From assembly GCF_009914755.1 (NCBI RefSeq), contig NC_060936.1: DNA of 64,000 bases, one strand, 5' to 3'. This DNA comes from the human T2T-CHM13v2.0 reference genome, Homo sapiens. Below, piece after piece: positions 27,002 to 40,889 of the stretch (the first letter of the stretch is position 1; every line of letters starts with the position of its first letter). The notes beneath the pieces were generated by a model that was not told the DNA's origin, did no database searches, and saw only the letters and a program-made list of their open reading frames with translations. The position numbers and the translations under genes are program-made.

Positions 27002-27327
27002 TAACAGATATTAGATGAGAGTTACCGTGGTTCACACCAAATTAGGTGGGGTATGTCAGAGAGTCGAGGATGAGGAAGGTGGATAGTTTGGGCTCTGGTT
27101 TAAAGGTTTATTATTGGAGAAAGATGTCATCTGAAGAAAGGGACTTCCATTTCCCATTTCTCCCTTCCTTCCTTTTTCCTTCCCTCTGCCCTATGGTAAC
27201 CTTAGTCTAATCTCTGTCCTCAATCAGCAGGTTTGCTGACATTTAGAGGGCTGTTATGGCAGTCATGTCTTTCTGAGGCCTTGCCTTTTTAATGAACATT
27301 TGGCTGGGGAAAGGGGGCAATCTAGAA

Positions 27328-27865
<538 letters not shown>

Positions 27866-30668
27866 GAGACACATCAGACTCTAGGGTAGATGCTTTACCA
27901 GATGGGCTGTGTGAGTGCCTGCCTTACCTGATTTTTTGGTCAATTTTGCACTGGAGTGCTGTCCAGGATGTAAGTGCCCTGACAAATATGCAAGCCTAGA
28001 GCCTCATCCTCAGGACGACTGCTGGGAATCTCTGCAGGGCCCTTGGGGTTGAACAGCTGCTTGCTGAGCCTTTGACCTGAGAACCAGAGACTTATGTGTC
28101 TCTTCACTCATATTTTCTTTCTTCATTGTTTAAGAGTTGTGCAGATCACCAAAAACATAATAAAAATAATGGGAGCTGTGTACAAGCCTCACTTGGGCAG
28201 AAAAGTTGGATATCAATCCCAAAATACAGATCTGCTTGCTGCATGGAATCTGAAGATTTAATGTGCTCATGTCCCATCTAACCACAGCACCCTTCTCAGG
28301 GTGATCTCACTCCTTATGGAAATAATGGAGTTGGATTGGTTTTTTTCAAGATTATTAGGGTGTGTTTATCATATTCTCTGGATTACTGAGTTTATAACCT
28401 CTGTTCCATGATGCCAGAAACAAAGTCAGAAGCTTCAGTGTGCAAGGCCTCATCATCCTCCCTAAACCTGGAGGGCAGATTTATTTTAACAGCTGTACAT
28501 TACCTGATTGGAATAACGAGACTTGTGAAAAGGTCAAGGAGAAAGAGCTAAACAGCACATCTGTTCCAATCACAGAACCATATTTCTAGGAAGCTGGAAA
28601 AGCAAACATTCTAACATTCTATTTGTAGAAAATCCCAACAGTCATTTTAAGCATAATTTCACTGTGACTGTAAAAGAAAGTATTTGTCTTCTTCCTTCTT
28701 AATATTCCTTTTTCAAGAGATGGAGTTACATAGTGAAGTATTGCATCTGTCAGATGTTCTTTTGAACCCTGACAAAAAGTTTATGTGACTTTTTATTTTA
28801 CCAAGCATTATTTTTTCTTCCACTAGTCCTATGTTTATCCTCAAAAACTTTATTGCAATCCTGGGCGTTCTGATTGAAAAGGAGTCACCAAGAATTCTGA
28901 ATGTTTTCCTGGTGTGCTGTCACTCAAGATATCTTCTATAGTTCTTTTATCCACAACTCTTTTCAAATTAAATTTTATTAACTGAAATCATCCTCTTTCT
29001 AAAATAGGAAGGCATCCTGACTTGGACAAAGCTAAACTGTGCATTCCTTTTACTAAACTGTCAAGATTAATCCTTACTGTCCCTGCTGTTACAGTCTTAA
29101 TTCTTCACTGACAACTGTGAGCACATGTGCTATGAGAAGAGACAGCTGGTTGAAGTGTCTCATTTTGACAAACATTATCTGTGGTTCAGTGTCAACCTGG
29201 GGAGATACAGCAAATGGCATTCCATTGAGATTGCTTCTTGGGCAGTGAACATTTTAACCAGTGACTTAGATCCTGGAGTAAAAAATATGCTTAGAATGTC
29301 TGTGATAGGGACTAAAGTTTGTAATGGGAGCAGATCTACTCCCTGACCTACTCTTCTCTACTTTAAAAACTCACTATGGCTTGGAGAAGTTATGGATGAT
29401 TTTATATAAAGAAGTAGAAATCCCAGTAACAATTACATGTGCCACCTCTTTTGAATAAACTGTTATAAGGCAGGCAAAGACTTTCTACTGGGCTCTACCT
29501 TCATCCTAGACTGACTCCTTTATCTTTTCTTTGCTTCCATGAAGCTGAAGATTGTTTACTCTAATTCCTGTTTGCCACTGCCTGAGACCCAGCCTGGGTT
29601 TTCATCATCTCCACCGCTGTATTTTCTGGAAGAAAGAACCCTATTGGGGGTTGTTAAGGGTTTAGCTGCACACATACAAGGAAATAGATTTTTCTAAAAT
29701 TCCAAATAATAAGGATGATGAAAATCTACAAAAACTTTTTAAAATAATACTAGTAATAGGTTTTCTGGTCAAAAATACAAATAGAGGAAAGTCTAAGAAT
29801 TCCTATCTTGATTCATTCACTTTGTTTCAGTCTAAAAGTGAGACATGCCAAATCCATTCAAATTCTGCTAAAACCAAGCTCTTCAGATTCTAAACTCGTA
29901 GATTCCCACTGGTCCAATGGGATTGCTTATGCTTTTCGGATTAGGCTTCCTGGTCTTCTCAGTGTATCTTCTATATTTTTCTCTCTGGATCTCAGGCTTA
30001 TTACCAGTGTTCCAGAATTACTCATGGCTCTCTTGGGTCCTTTCCTTCCTCCTGGCAACTTGAAAGAGAATGACTATCAAAGAAGCCTCTTCTGATCCTC
30101 AAGTAATCCTGTACTGACATAAAAATTATCTATTTTTGCCCTTTGGAATTCCTACCTTCTCCTCTCTCATTATTTGGTTTGTCTGAATAGCAATGAGTCA
30201 TGAAGGCTCACTCCTTCAGCATGTTCTGCTCTCAACTTGTGACCAAGGCTTAATTCTTTATTGGGCATGTGGCCTCAATAGAGTGCTCCCTCTAGACATT
30301 AACTTCTCTATGGTCTCACTAGTTTTCTGAAAGCACAATCTCACCTACTTTGTTTTTAAAAATCTTACCTTTCATAGGTTCAATCATTAATTTTTTTTTC
30401 TGAAATTGAGGAAAATCTCATATGTGCAGTAACTGCACTTTATGAAGTAATTGAAACACCCTCATTTCAAACTACTTTTTTTCTTTTCTTCCTTTTTTTT
30501 CAGACAAGATAACATTTTGATTTATTAAATGTAGACTGATTCAGAGACCTAATTTATTTTTAGCATTCGAAGATGCAAATTCCTTTTCTATTTGCAAATT
30601 ATATTTTTTCATAGGATTTTTTTGTGAAACTATGGTTTTATTCCTACTTTTTTATTCCTACTTTTATT

Positions 30669-30748
30669 CCTCCATGGCACACATTTACCTATGTAACAAA
30701 CCTGTACTTCCTGCATATGTACTCCTGAGCTTAAAAATTAAAAACAAA
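30669..30748 (+). mobile_element. ~80-bp L1PA 3'-terminal fragment, near-copy of 33260-33340
   Basis: 48 identical bases cctccatggc...tcctgcat shared with 33260-33307. Confidence 0.85.
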
Positions 30749-32439
30749 CCTGTGTCTCCCCAGGTTGACACAGAACCACAGATAATGTTTGTCAAAATGG
30801 AACACTTCAACCAGCTGTCTCTTCTCATGGCTGTCTCTTCTCCTACTTTGTTTTCTAAAATTTTCATACGTAAGGAGGTAATTGAATCCTTACCACAAAA
30901 GAACAGCTCAGCTTCACGGTTCCCACCCCAACCATGGGCTCAACTGTGGCACAGAGCAAAGGGCTCCAGTGCTGTGCATCTCATTATGTCTGGAAATGTC
31001 TGCTTTACCTCCCAAATCTATCTTCCTTAATATCTAGTCTCCATCTTCTGTTTACACTTAATGTTTCCACTCTACTTTCTTTCCACAGTCTCATCTGGGA
31101 CCTGGATATCAATCCCACTTTGTTCTTTGATCAAACGTTTGTTTCCCTCCCACCTTTCCACACTCAATCTCAGATGCTAGAATTGCAGCCCAGGCTCACA
31201 TATTCCTAGGAAAAGGGGTCAGCAATAAGAGGTCAGACAAAAAAGTATGATTCTCATGTGTGTAGTAACAGAAATTGTTTTTGTCTGTGATTTTAGGAAA
31301 TCTATCTTATTCGTTCATACTTTTTTTCCACGATTTTAATTATTTCTGTGCTCACTAGTTAGTGTACTTCTTAAGGATGTTGTAATCTATAAACGTATAA
31401 CTGTTTTGATATTCCAATGGTGAGATATGAAAAGATGTAGAAGGGTCAAGCTACAAAATGCCCTGTAAAGAATAACTTTTTTTTTTTTTAATCCAGATAG
31501 GTCAGGGAGGCACAGCTGAAAAGAGAATCTTGGTTTTTACCTAAATCCTGTGACTTCATTTGTCTTAGCAGCTGCATTCTGAAGATTGTGAATTATCGAG
31601 GAGGTAATTCTCAGTATTATCTGAGCTGAGTTTTTCAAGGTAGTACTTCAACAGTAGAACTATAAATGTCTTATAGACACCTATAACACTGTCTAGTTTA
31701 TTCAAACTTCTCCATAATTCCTATGAACAAAAGGGACACTTCCTATAAAATGTAGTTCAATATTTTTTACACATCCATTTCAATCAGTATAATTTTGCTG
31801 AATTGAATTATTTCTCTCTCATGTTCAGAGCTCACATGATTATGGCTGCCTATATTACCATAGGAGGAAAATAATACATTTAGATAATAAATAATAAGTA
31901 ATTTCTCCAAATACATAATGACTTGTTCTCTCACCTTTCCTACCTCAAGTATTCCAAGTCCCCCTTTGAAAGAAAAATGAAAAACCAAAAACCAAGACTT
32001 GGCCCCTTTGTTATGTGCCACAGTTGGGCCCATGAGTAGGGTGGAAACCATAAAGCTGGGCTGTTCTTGTAGCTCTAGCTATTTGACTGACTCCTTAGAT
32101 ATGAAAGTTTTAGAAAAGGAAGTAGATTAAAACCATAGTTTAACAGGAAACAGTCCTATGAAAGGGAATCTAATTTGCAAAGAAAAAAGTAATTTGCACT
32201 GTTGGATGCCAAATTTCGAGGCTATTATTTTATTATTTCTTTGTTATTATTATTAATCCTTGATCCTTTACAATCCTTTATAATGATGACTTCTAGCAGA
32301 GCCTCCTGATGAATTCCAAAGGTTTAATCAGTTTCATGGCTTAATTCATAGCTCTTTTACATTAAAGAACTTCTTCAATTAGGGAATAATTATTTCATGA
32401 AGTACAAAAGGTTGAAAGTGATGAAGTTAAAAAAGTGGC

Positions 32440-33345
32440 ATACACATGCATGTGTCTTTAAAATAGAATGATTTATGTTCCTTTGGGTATATATCCAGTA
32501 ATGGAATTGCTGGGTCAAATGGTATTTTGGTCTTTAGGTCTTTGAGGAATCGCCAAATTGCCTTCCACAGTGGTTGAACTAATTTACACTCCCACCAACA
32601 GTGTATGAGCATTCCTTTGTCTCTACAATCTTGCCAGCATCTGTTATTTTTTTATTTTAATAATAGTCATTCTGACTGGTATGAGATGGTATCTCATTGT
32701 GATTTTGATATGCAGTTCTCTAATGATCAGTGATGTTGAGCTATTTTTCACATGCTTGTTGGCTGCATGTATGTCTTCTTCTGAGAATTATCTGTTCATA
32801 GTATTTGCCTAAAAACTTCCTAATAAGGATTTTTTTTTCTTGTAAGTTTGCTTAAGTACCTTATAGATGCTGGATAGACCTTTGTCAGATACATAGTTTG
32901 CAAAAATTTTCTCCCATACTGTAAGTTGTCTGTGATAGACCGGATTAAAAAAATGTGGTACTCACACACCATGGAAAACCATGCAGCCATAAAAAAGAAT
33001 GAGATCATGTCCTTTGCAGGGACATGGATGGAACTGGAGGCCATTATACTTAGCAAACTAATGCAGGAACAGAAAACCAAATACCACATGTTCTCACTTA
33101 TAAGTGGGAGCTAAATGATGAGAACACATGGACACATAGAGGGGAACAACACACACTGGGGCTTTCTGAGGGTGGAGCGTGGGAGGAGGAAGAGAATTAG
33201 AAAAAATAACTAGTGTACTAGGCTTAATACCTGGGTGATGAAATAATCTGTACAACAAACCTCCATGGCACACATTTACCTATGTAACAAACCTGTACTT
33301 CCTGCATGTGTATCCCTGAACTTAAAATAAAAGTAAAAAAAAAGA
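32440..33345 (+). mobile_element. Older L1PA (about PA11-16) with 5' inversion: ~32440-32925 inverted, 32926-33345 sense
   Basis: ORF2 peptides on opposite strands ([16 protein letters not shown] on minus, IKKMWY...WMELEAIILSKL on plus). Degenerate TSD aaaaaagtggcata/aaaaaagcaacata. Confidence 0.9.
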
Positions 33346-34618
33346 TAAAAATATTGGGCCAAAAGAAAAAAAAAGCAACATACCACATCTAGATTTTGCT
33401 GCACATATAAAGTTTGTTTGGATTGGAAAAGGGATGTCTTCCCTTCTTGATCTCTATCTATCTTTTCTCTCTTTTATTCCTGTCATTTTCTTTTCCAGCC
33501 CTTTTTTTCTATCCCCTGTGAGCTACTTCACTGGCATGATCTATTCACTCTGGGAAGGCAGTGTTATCTCCTTGGTATGGTTTGAAATAATAATGCGTGT
33601 ATGTTTTTAATATAGCACATAAAGTTGGGACTGCAGGATTCATGCAATTGCTTGGTATTGAGACCAAGGATATTAAAAGTTAAAACTAAATTTTGAAAGG
33701 AGAGGAAAAATTTAAAACCATCTTTCAATAGTACTGTCAATGAGTTATCTTTATGTATTCTCTCTTTCTTTTACATACGTATTGGTATAACAAAGCAGGA
33801 CTATATTTCTGTTTTGGTTACTCAGATGACTTTTTTCTTTTAAAATAATTGAGATACTCCGCATAATGGATTTCCAGAAAACAAGAAGCTATACCCATGT
33901 CCTTGAAGCTGTTGGCATATCTCAGTGAGATGATATAGATTTATGTACTACTCTAAACAATTTTGCACACTTAGGGAATCCCCCATGTTCACTTTTCTCC
34001 CTACCCAATATTGAAGGTGTCTTTTTTTCCTGGTGAAGACCTGTACATAAAATTTAATTAAGAATGACATCTGACACTATGAAATAGACTATATGTACTT
34101 TGTTAAATAATTCAGAGGTATAACAACAACAATTAAAAAACAAATGTGGAAGCAAAAAACACGTCTATCTGTTTTATTTTTGTATTGTCAACACCCAACA
34201 CATTGTTTGGAATATGTCAAACACTGAGTAGATATTTATGAATTTAGAAATTAATTGATAAGGAATGATTGACATATGAGATGGCTCTGGTTTAACTTCC
34301 AGTTTCTGCTCACTGGATTCCATCATTCAAATTTGTCCTAAGATGATGAAGGAAATGACTGCAATTGACCTCAGGGTTACCATCTCTTTTGTTTTTCTGG
34401 TTCTGTATTGCCATACTGGTTCTTTCTAGTCCATTCTTCTACTTCTGCATTCATTTCTGGTCCCTGGCACAGCTTGAGCTTGAGCTTGGCAAAGCTGTAT
34501 CTTTCTAGATGAGATATTTTCATATATCGACCCAGCTCTACTAACTGCAGAAAGAAAGCTGTCTTTTTGTATGTTACGATAGTTCAGTCTCTGGTCCTGC
34601 ATTCAATTTTTCCTTATC

Positions 34619-34723
34619 AAAGCCAGTGGAGAGAGGAGAAAAATACATGAGAGACGAGAATACCTCTATAAGAGAAGGAATACATCTCATGAGAGAAAGA
34701 ATACATCTTTCTCCACTGGCTTT
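34619..34723. repeat. 14-bp perfect inverted repeat enclosing a degenerate ~21-bp tandem array
   Basis: aaagccagtggaga (34619-34632) and tctccactggcttt (34710-34723), with internal gagagaa.gaatacatct units. Confidence 0.85.
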
Positions 34724-35469
34724 TCTTCCACCAACATATATTTGATATTTAGACATACTCAAGAAATACTAATTTTAAGAATGAACAAATGAAGTACATA
34801 GACTTCCTTGACATCCTCATGTTTTTATGTAGAATTCCTTCCTTTCTTTCTTGGAAAGTTTACTTGAAATACAAGTCCATCTGGAATATTTCTATTTCCT
34901 CTCCTCCCACTCTCTCATTAATTCATAGTAATCTCTCTTCTACCTGTAACATTTCACAGAAGTATATTTCATAAGGCCATGATTCTTAAGCTGATTCACG
35001 ATGATATGGAAAGAAAATGCTGTAATTTCTAAATACATTTTCACTGGTATTTATATTCTCATTGACACTGGAACCTCACTTGGTCCATATGTCAGAAGTT
35101 TGCATGTTAAGTCACATGATGATTCCTATGGGAAGAGTGAGATCCATAAAAAGATGATGTTCCTGTTTTCGTTGAGCTTATTGCTGTATATTGTGGTCTT
35201 CAGTTATATATATTCCTGTTTGTGCTCATAATCAGGCCTATTATGAGTTAAAAACACTAACAGTCTAATAGGATCTAACAAGAAATAGGCCGAAAAAGTT
35301 GAATTTAAGATCTACTAAAAGATACATATTTACATCAACTACCATCATGATGAACTTTACCCTAAGTGTACACTGCCCTTTGAAATAATAGTTAATAATA
35401 TTAGCAAAACATTAATGATAGCTATTTATATTAGCAAGACCTTTAAAATATGTTTTTGTTAATTTCTGT

Positions 35470-35840
35470 TTTTTCTTTTTTTAACAGCTTTATTGAGGTG
35501 TAATCAATATAGGAAAACTGCACATATTTAATGTATACAAGTTGATAAATTTGGACATATATGCATATACCCATGAAACTATCACCACAAGAAGGTAATA
35601 TATACATCCATCACTTCCAAGAGTTTTTGTGTGCTCCCCTTTTCCCCCTGTGGTAAGAACACTAAACATGGGATGTACCCTGTTAGCAATTTTTTAAGTG
35701 CACAAGACTGTATTGTTAACTATAGGTACTATGTTTTACATCAAATCTCTAGAACTTATTCATCTTGTGTAACTGAAATTTCATACCCATTGAACAACTC
35801 CACATTTTCTTGTCCCTCCAACCTTGGCAACTATTCACTT
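35470..35840 (-). mobile_element. L1MA/L1MB 3' end
   Basis: ttttaacagctttattgaggtg...catgaaactatcaccacaa...tctctagaacttattcatcttg. Confidence 0.85.
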
Positions 35841-36149
35841 TGGTTTTGTTTATCTTTTCATTTTGGTTTAGGTTCTGGCAGCACAACTCTTAACATTTTG
35901 TGGAATATGGTTTCACAGATTACTAATCAGATACCAATATGGGACCTGCTGATTGCTGATTTTGGATAATGTTTACGATGCATTGTTAAGAGAGGAAAGA
36001 ATATTGCAAGACAAAATGAATAATATACTCTTACTTTTAAAAACTTATGTGTACATCTAGGCTTAAATATATACAAAGATGTAAGAAAAAAACTTGGTGA
36101 TGAATTTACTGGTGATTCTTATCTACATTTTTCTATTTTGATTTGCATA

Positions 36150-36245
36150 GTAATGTTTAGATCCTGGCTCTTCCGTTCACTCTATAAGAACCTTTGGGCA
36201 AATTACATAAACTCTGTGCTTTAGTTTGCTCACCTATAAAATGTC
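36150..36245 (+). mobile_element. MIR fragment
   Basis: atcctggctct...ctttgggcaaatt...ctctgtgctttagtttgctcacctataaaatg. Confidence 0.7.
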
Positions 36246-37238
36246 AGTTTTAAATGTTTTCGTCAGAGTAACTTATCTGTATTAATATTTTTCATACTTG
36301 TGGAACATATGCATATTTAGTGTGCATCTACTGTGAACTACAGAAAATAAACTAGGCTGGTTTATGTTATTTAGAACATCAAAAGCCCTTTCACAATTTG
36401 TATGTGTCAAAAGTTGAAATGAAACTGACCACACAATTCAGAACCACGATATTTTTCAGTCTAACAATGTCCCTCAACTGGCCCACAATGGGTTAGGCAG
36501 CAGCAGGGTGAAAGTGCTGTCTGTGGTTCTTGTTAACATCAAAGGTCAAAAACATGGCCCGAATGTCTGTTTTTCATTAATAACCCATTATTCATAATCA
36601 TAATCTACTTTTTCCCCCTTTAATCTTGTTTTAATTTCTTTATCTACTGTTTAATTTTGGTAAACCGTATTCAAAGCTATTTATATTTTTCCTTTGTACC
36701 ACCTCTTAATTTTTATTTATTCCAACTATGTCTTACTCAAGCTTTACTCTGTGAGCACCCAAGAGGACTAGTGGTCAGGGATTTTGCTGCTGTATTCACA
36801 AAGTGACATATCAGTTGAAGGGCCCTAGAGCATCCTTTAGGTGTAATCCATGGAAAAGTCAGTCTCAGGAGAATCTTTTTGGAACTATTTCAAATCAGAT
36901 TTGTCAGAATTGGCTTCTATAGTGGTCTGTGCTCTCAAGTGACTGACAGACTAGTTTGCCTTGAAAGCCTGCATACTGTGGGATGATGTCGAGTAACATG
37001 AGAAAAGGGGAATAAAAATGCAATGAAGCCTTTAATTTGCTTTATAAAATTTTTAAACATACACTTTCACTATCATAAGCACTAAATCCAAAATCCCTAA
37101 GTAAAAGAATAAAAAGAGAGAAAAAATCCCCATTAATTTAGAAACATGTTTTCCAGTCTGGTTTCTTACTCTGTAGCTAACTATATTAAAGAGAATGGGG
37201 TTCACCTATGAACTCATCCTTGGTTCATCCTTTTAATC

Positions 37239-37453
37239 AGGGTTTTTCAATCTTAATACTACTGATATTTGGGACTGTATAATTCTTTGCTGTGGGGGAG
37301 CTGTCCTGAATTTAGCAGCATCCCTGGCCTCTACCGACTCAATGTCAATAGTGATACCCCCCTCCCCAATTGTCCAAAACCAACAACCAAATGTCTCCTG
37401 ATGTCATGCATCTCTTGGGGGATAGAACCATCCACAGTGAAGGAGCACTGCTT
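37239..37453 (+). mobile_element. MER20 (hAT MITE)
   Basis: cagggtttttcaatctt...tttagcagcatccctggcctctacc...caaccaaatgtctcc...gcactg. Confidence 0.8.
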
Positions 37454-38072
37454 TCAATAGTGACATTTTTATTTCTACTGATAGGTTTGGAGAAACACCA
37501 GATTGAACACTTGATGTTTAGTAGGAGTCTCTGAAGGAAGCATATTTTTTTTTCCTCTGTTGGAGCTGTTTTAGAAAGGATTTTTTAAAAATTTTGATGT
37601 AATTGTGTAAATCTAATCCTGAAGGCCTGAGAAGGGGTTGAGGTCAGGTTAAGGTAAAATGTTTCTTTATCTAAGACGTCATACCAGATGTGACCACAGG
37701 TATCAGAAGACAGATGTCTTTAATTCCTTTATTATTTGTATGATGACTGGCCCAAGCCAGCCCACACATGTGGATTTTACTGTTTGGCTTTGATCACATT
37801 GTGCCTTGGATCAAGTGATTTCTGAACTGTCAATATGTGTATAACTTTTCCATATTATCTAAGAGCATTTTTATATGAAAAACTTCAAATACTAATGTTG
37901 CCTATCAGAACCCTTGAAAAAACTAAGAAAGGAAAGTAAAAATGAAAGTAAAGAATAAAAAGTAAAAGTGTTAAAGGTAAGACCAACACTCAAACTATAA
38001 AATTAGGGTTCACCAAAGACTTCACTATATGTTGATAGAATCAAAATATACATAAAAATTTAGCTTTCTCAG

Positions 38073-38672
38073 TGTAGCAGAGGAAAATCAATATCTTTCT
38101 CTTACTTACTACTAGGTTCACAGCTGAGGCCACTGTACAAAAAGACAGATTAAGAATGGAAACACGTACATATTTATTTTACATAGGTTTTACAGGATAT
38201 GAGAGCCTTTGAAAATGAAGACCCAAAGAAATCGGTAAACTCGTGCATTTTTATCTTTAGGTTTGATAAAGAGTGAACAGTTGTCGAGAAATATGATTGG
38301 AGGACAAAAAGATATGATCTAATACCTTTCTATTAGGGGGAACTTGACAAGGGCCTATTTTTTTTAAGTGTTTCTGGTGTTTCTGTGTCTTTGCTAATAA
38401 GAATATTTCTTTCCTCTAAGTAAAGGAAGAGTTCTTTTTGACTGAGAGTCCTGTGAGTTCTTTTTGACTGAGAGTCCTATGAGTTCTTTTTGACTGAGAG
38501 TCCTATGATGTGCTTAAGGAAAGAAGAGCATAGGAAGGTCCTTCCTAGGTTTTATGACCTGCTTCAGGGGAAAAATGCAAGGGGAAGATATAAGGGACCT
38601 TCCTTCTCCTGCTGCTTTTTCAAATGCCAAGATGCCACCTTTTAGAATAGAGTGTCTTCTATCCTCTCATCA
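38073..38672 (-). mobile_element. ERV1 LTR (MER67-like)
   Basis: TG...CA ends. taggttcacagctgaggcc...aaaagacagatta...tttcaaatgccaagatgcca. Confidence 0.6.
38429..38506. repeat. 26-bp tandem repeat x3
   Basis: gagttctttttgactgagagtcctrt at 38429, 38455 and 38481. Confidence 0.97.
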
Positions 38673-39020
38673 AAAGTTTTTTAAAAAGCAACTTAAAATT
38701 TCTTTAAATACCACTCTTTCTAGGTAAATGTAACTGGCTATTTTTCCATCACAGACAAATAATTTCAATTAGATATATTAGCAATATATTAGAGGAGAAT
38801 ATGAAATAGAAAAGTGGCATCAGATCTATGGCTTATTTTTTTAAAAATAGTAATTTTAGTGATTCATTGGCAACTTCAAGGCACGGTCCACTTGTATAAG
38901 CCCCACAAGACACAAATCCCCCAATCTAAATTCAAAATTATAGAGTGAAAATATGTAAATTTGCCTTCTCTAAAAGTCATATTAAAGATATTTCTAATCA
39001 ATCTTGTGTTTTTCTTCTGG

Positions 39021-39234
39021 AGCAATTTCAATCTTATTGACATTTGGGCTGAATAAATCTTTGTTGTGGCGGCTGTCCTATACAATATAGATTGTTTAGC
39101 AGCATCTCTGGCCTCTACCCACTAGCTAGTAGCAAATCTCCCCATCCATGCACAGTTGTGAAAACCAAAAATGTCTTCAAACCTTGTCAAATATCCCCTA
39201 AGAAGCAAAATGTCCCAGTTGAGAACACTTGCTT
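39021..39234 (+). mobile_element. MER20
   Basis: attgacatttgggctgaataaatctttgttgtgg...tttagcagcatctctggcctctacccactag...gttgagaacact. Confidence 0.82.
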
Positions 39235-40292
39235 TGGAAGAATAAAGTTAAACTGTACCCATGAACCCTCACAAAAAGAAAAAAAAAGGGGAAAAAGTAA
39301 TGCAGAAAAAGATAAAGAAAAAACCAACAACCTTTTGAGCTTCTTGATGTTTTCTTGACACCTTTTAATATTGCAGAAAAACCCATTTAGAGATAATAGG
39401 GATTTAAAAGAACAGCAGACAAAAGTGCATCATTTCAGTGTAATTGAGGAGAACCTGAACCCTTGCAATAGTCTCAGTAGGATGGATAACAATTGAAAAG
39501 TGTATCTTTAGCAATTTATGTGTTCTTGAATGCATGAAAAAAAAATCCTTATCATTCTGCCTGCTACTTATATGACTTCTGCGCAGTTGGAGAATCTATT
39601 TTGGGCAACTATAAATTTGATTTAAATGCAAACTATATTATGAGCCAAATGCATTCACTAGGGCTTGGACCAATCTATTTCTATTTGATGCTCTAGAAGG
39701 AATAGCTAGGATACATACTAAAATAACCCCATCACTCCAGTACAATAGAAACCAAATGAGTCAACCTGTTTTCTTTGTTGTTCAACATAGCAGCTCCAAT
39801 TAAAGTTGGAGCTCGTGCACTCTGCTGTTTGCTAGCTATACCTTTTTATCTTTTTTCTGAGTTACTGTGATGTCAAGCCTCCCACTTGGAGCACTGTGAA
39901 TATCTACAGATATTATTATTTTATCTCAGCTCAAGCAATATCAGGTCAGTGTTTCTGAGATAAAAGGCAGGAACAAAGACAGTGCCATTGACAACAAGCC
40001 TGTGGGGGGACTAGGCTAACAATGAAAGACCTAGGCATGGCATCCACTGAAGGCCAGGCTCCTGACTCCTCTAAGAGGGCTAACCTAAATAGGACAGAAC
40101 CCTTATGTGAAATTCCAAGGAATCTATGCAGGAAAAATGATACCAAATTCCTTCATCTTGTTCCTGAGTGGTATTTTCTTTACATTTAAGTATTTCAACA
40201 GAAGGAATCTTCATCTAGCTAGAAATATCAATTGGGTAATTATAAATTTAGGAGAAGGATGTTTTCCTTAATAGACATAAGTGAACCCAGAA

Positions 40293-40355
40293 CATCTACC
40301 TCTACTCATGTAAATTCATGGTCTTAGAGCATCTACCTCTACTCATGTAAATTCA
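40293..40355. repeat. 26-bp direct repeat with 11-bp spacer
   Basis: catctacctctactcatgtaaattca at 40293-40318 and 40330-40355. Confidence 0.95.
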
Positions 40356-40889
40356 ATTAGGACGATATTGGCTGGATCCTTCTAGATAGCAGAGGCTTTC
40401 CAGCATACCTGGACCTGGGTTTACTCTCAAAAGGAGACACAGTTATTCAGTTTTTTAACTGTAAGCAATAACTAACTGATCTGTTAGAGGCAATAGAGTC
40501 TTTCACCAGGGCTACAGGCTGTTTGTACATTTTGTCACATGAACTGTATACCACTAATTATAGTTTATAGTTTTAGGGCACTGTTTGGAAACTGCTATAG
40601 TATGTAATCTTGTTTAATTGATTTTTATAAGCACAGATATTGTTAATCAATACACTATAAATAATATATATTTGTGGGATTGCTTTGTTGCGATGCATAC
40701 TGTCATTCTTGGGGCCCATGTAAAAGAAAGCACTGCAACTGCAAGCTAAAAATGCACCATATCATTGAAGCAGGAAGAAGAGGAAGCATTGATCCATGTG
40801 CCCAGGGATAAAAAGGAAAAGAGCTAGTCTAGTGTAAACTAGGAAGTAATACTATATAAAATACAAAAATGAACAAAAGAGCCAAAACA

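Noticed and set aside
38429-38506. Possible CRISPR-like array (also 40293-40355 and 34635-34709)
   Set aside because: Tandem units without unique spacers, no cas genes, and a primate genomic context.
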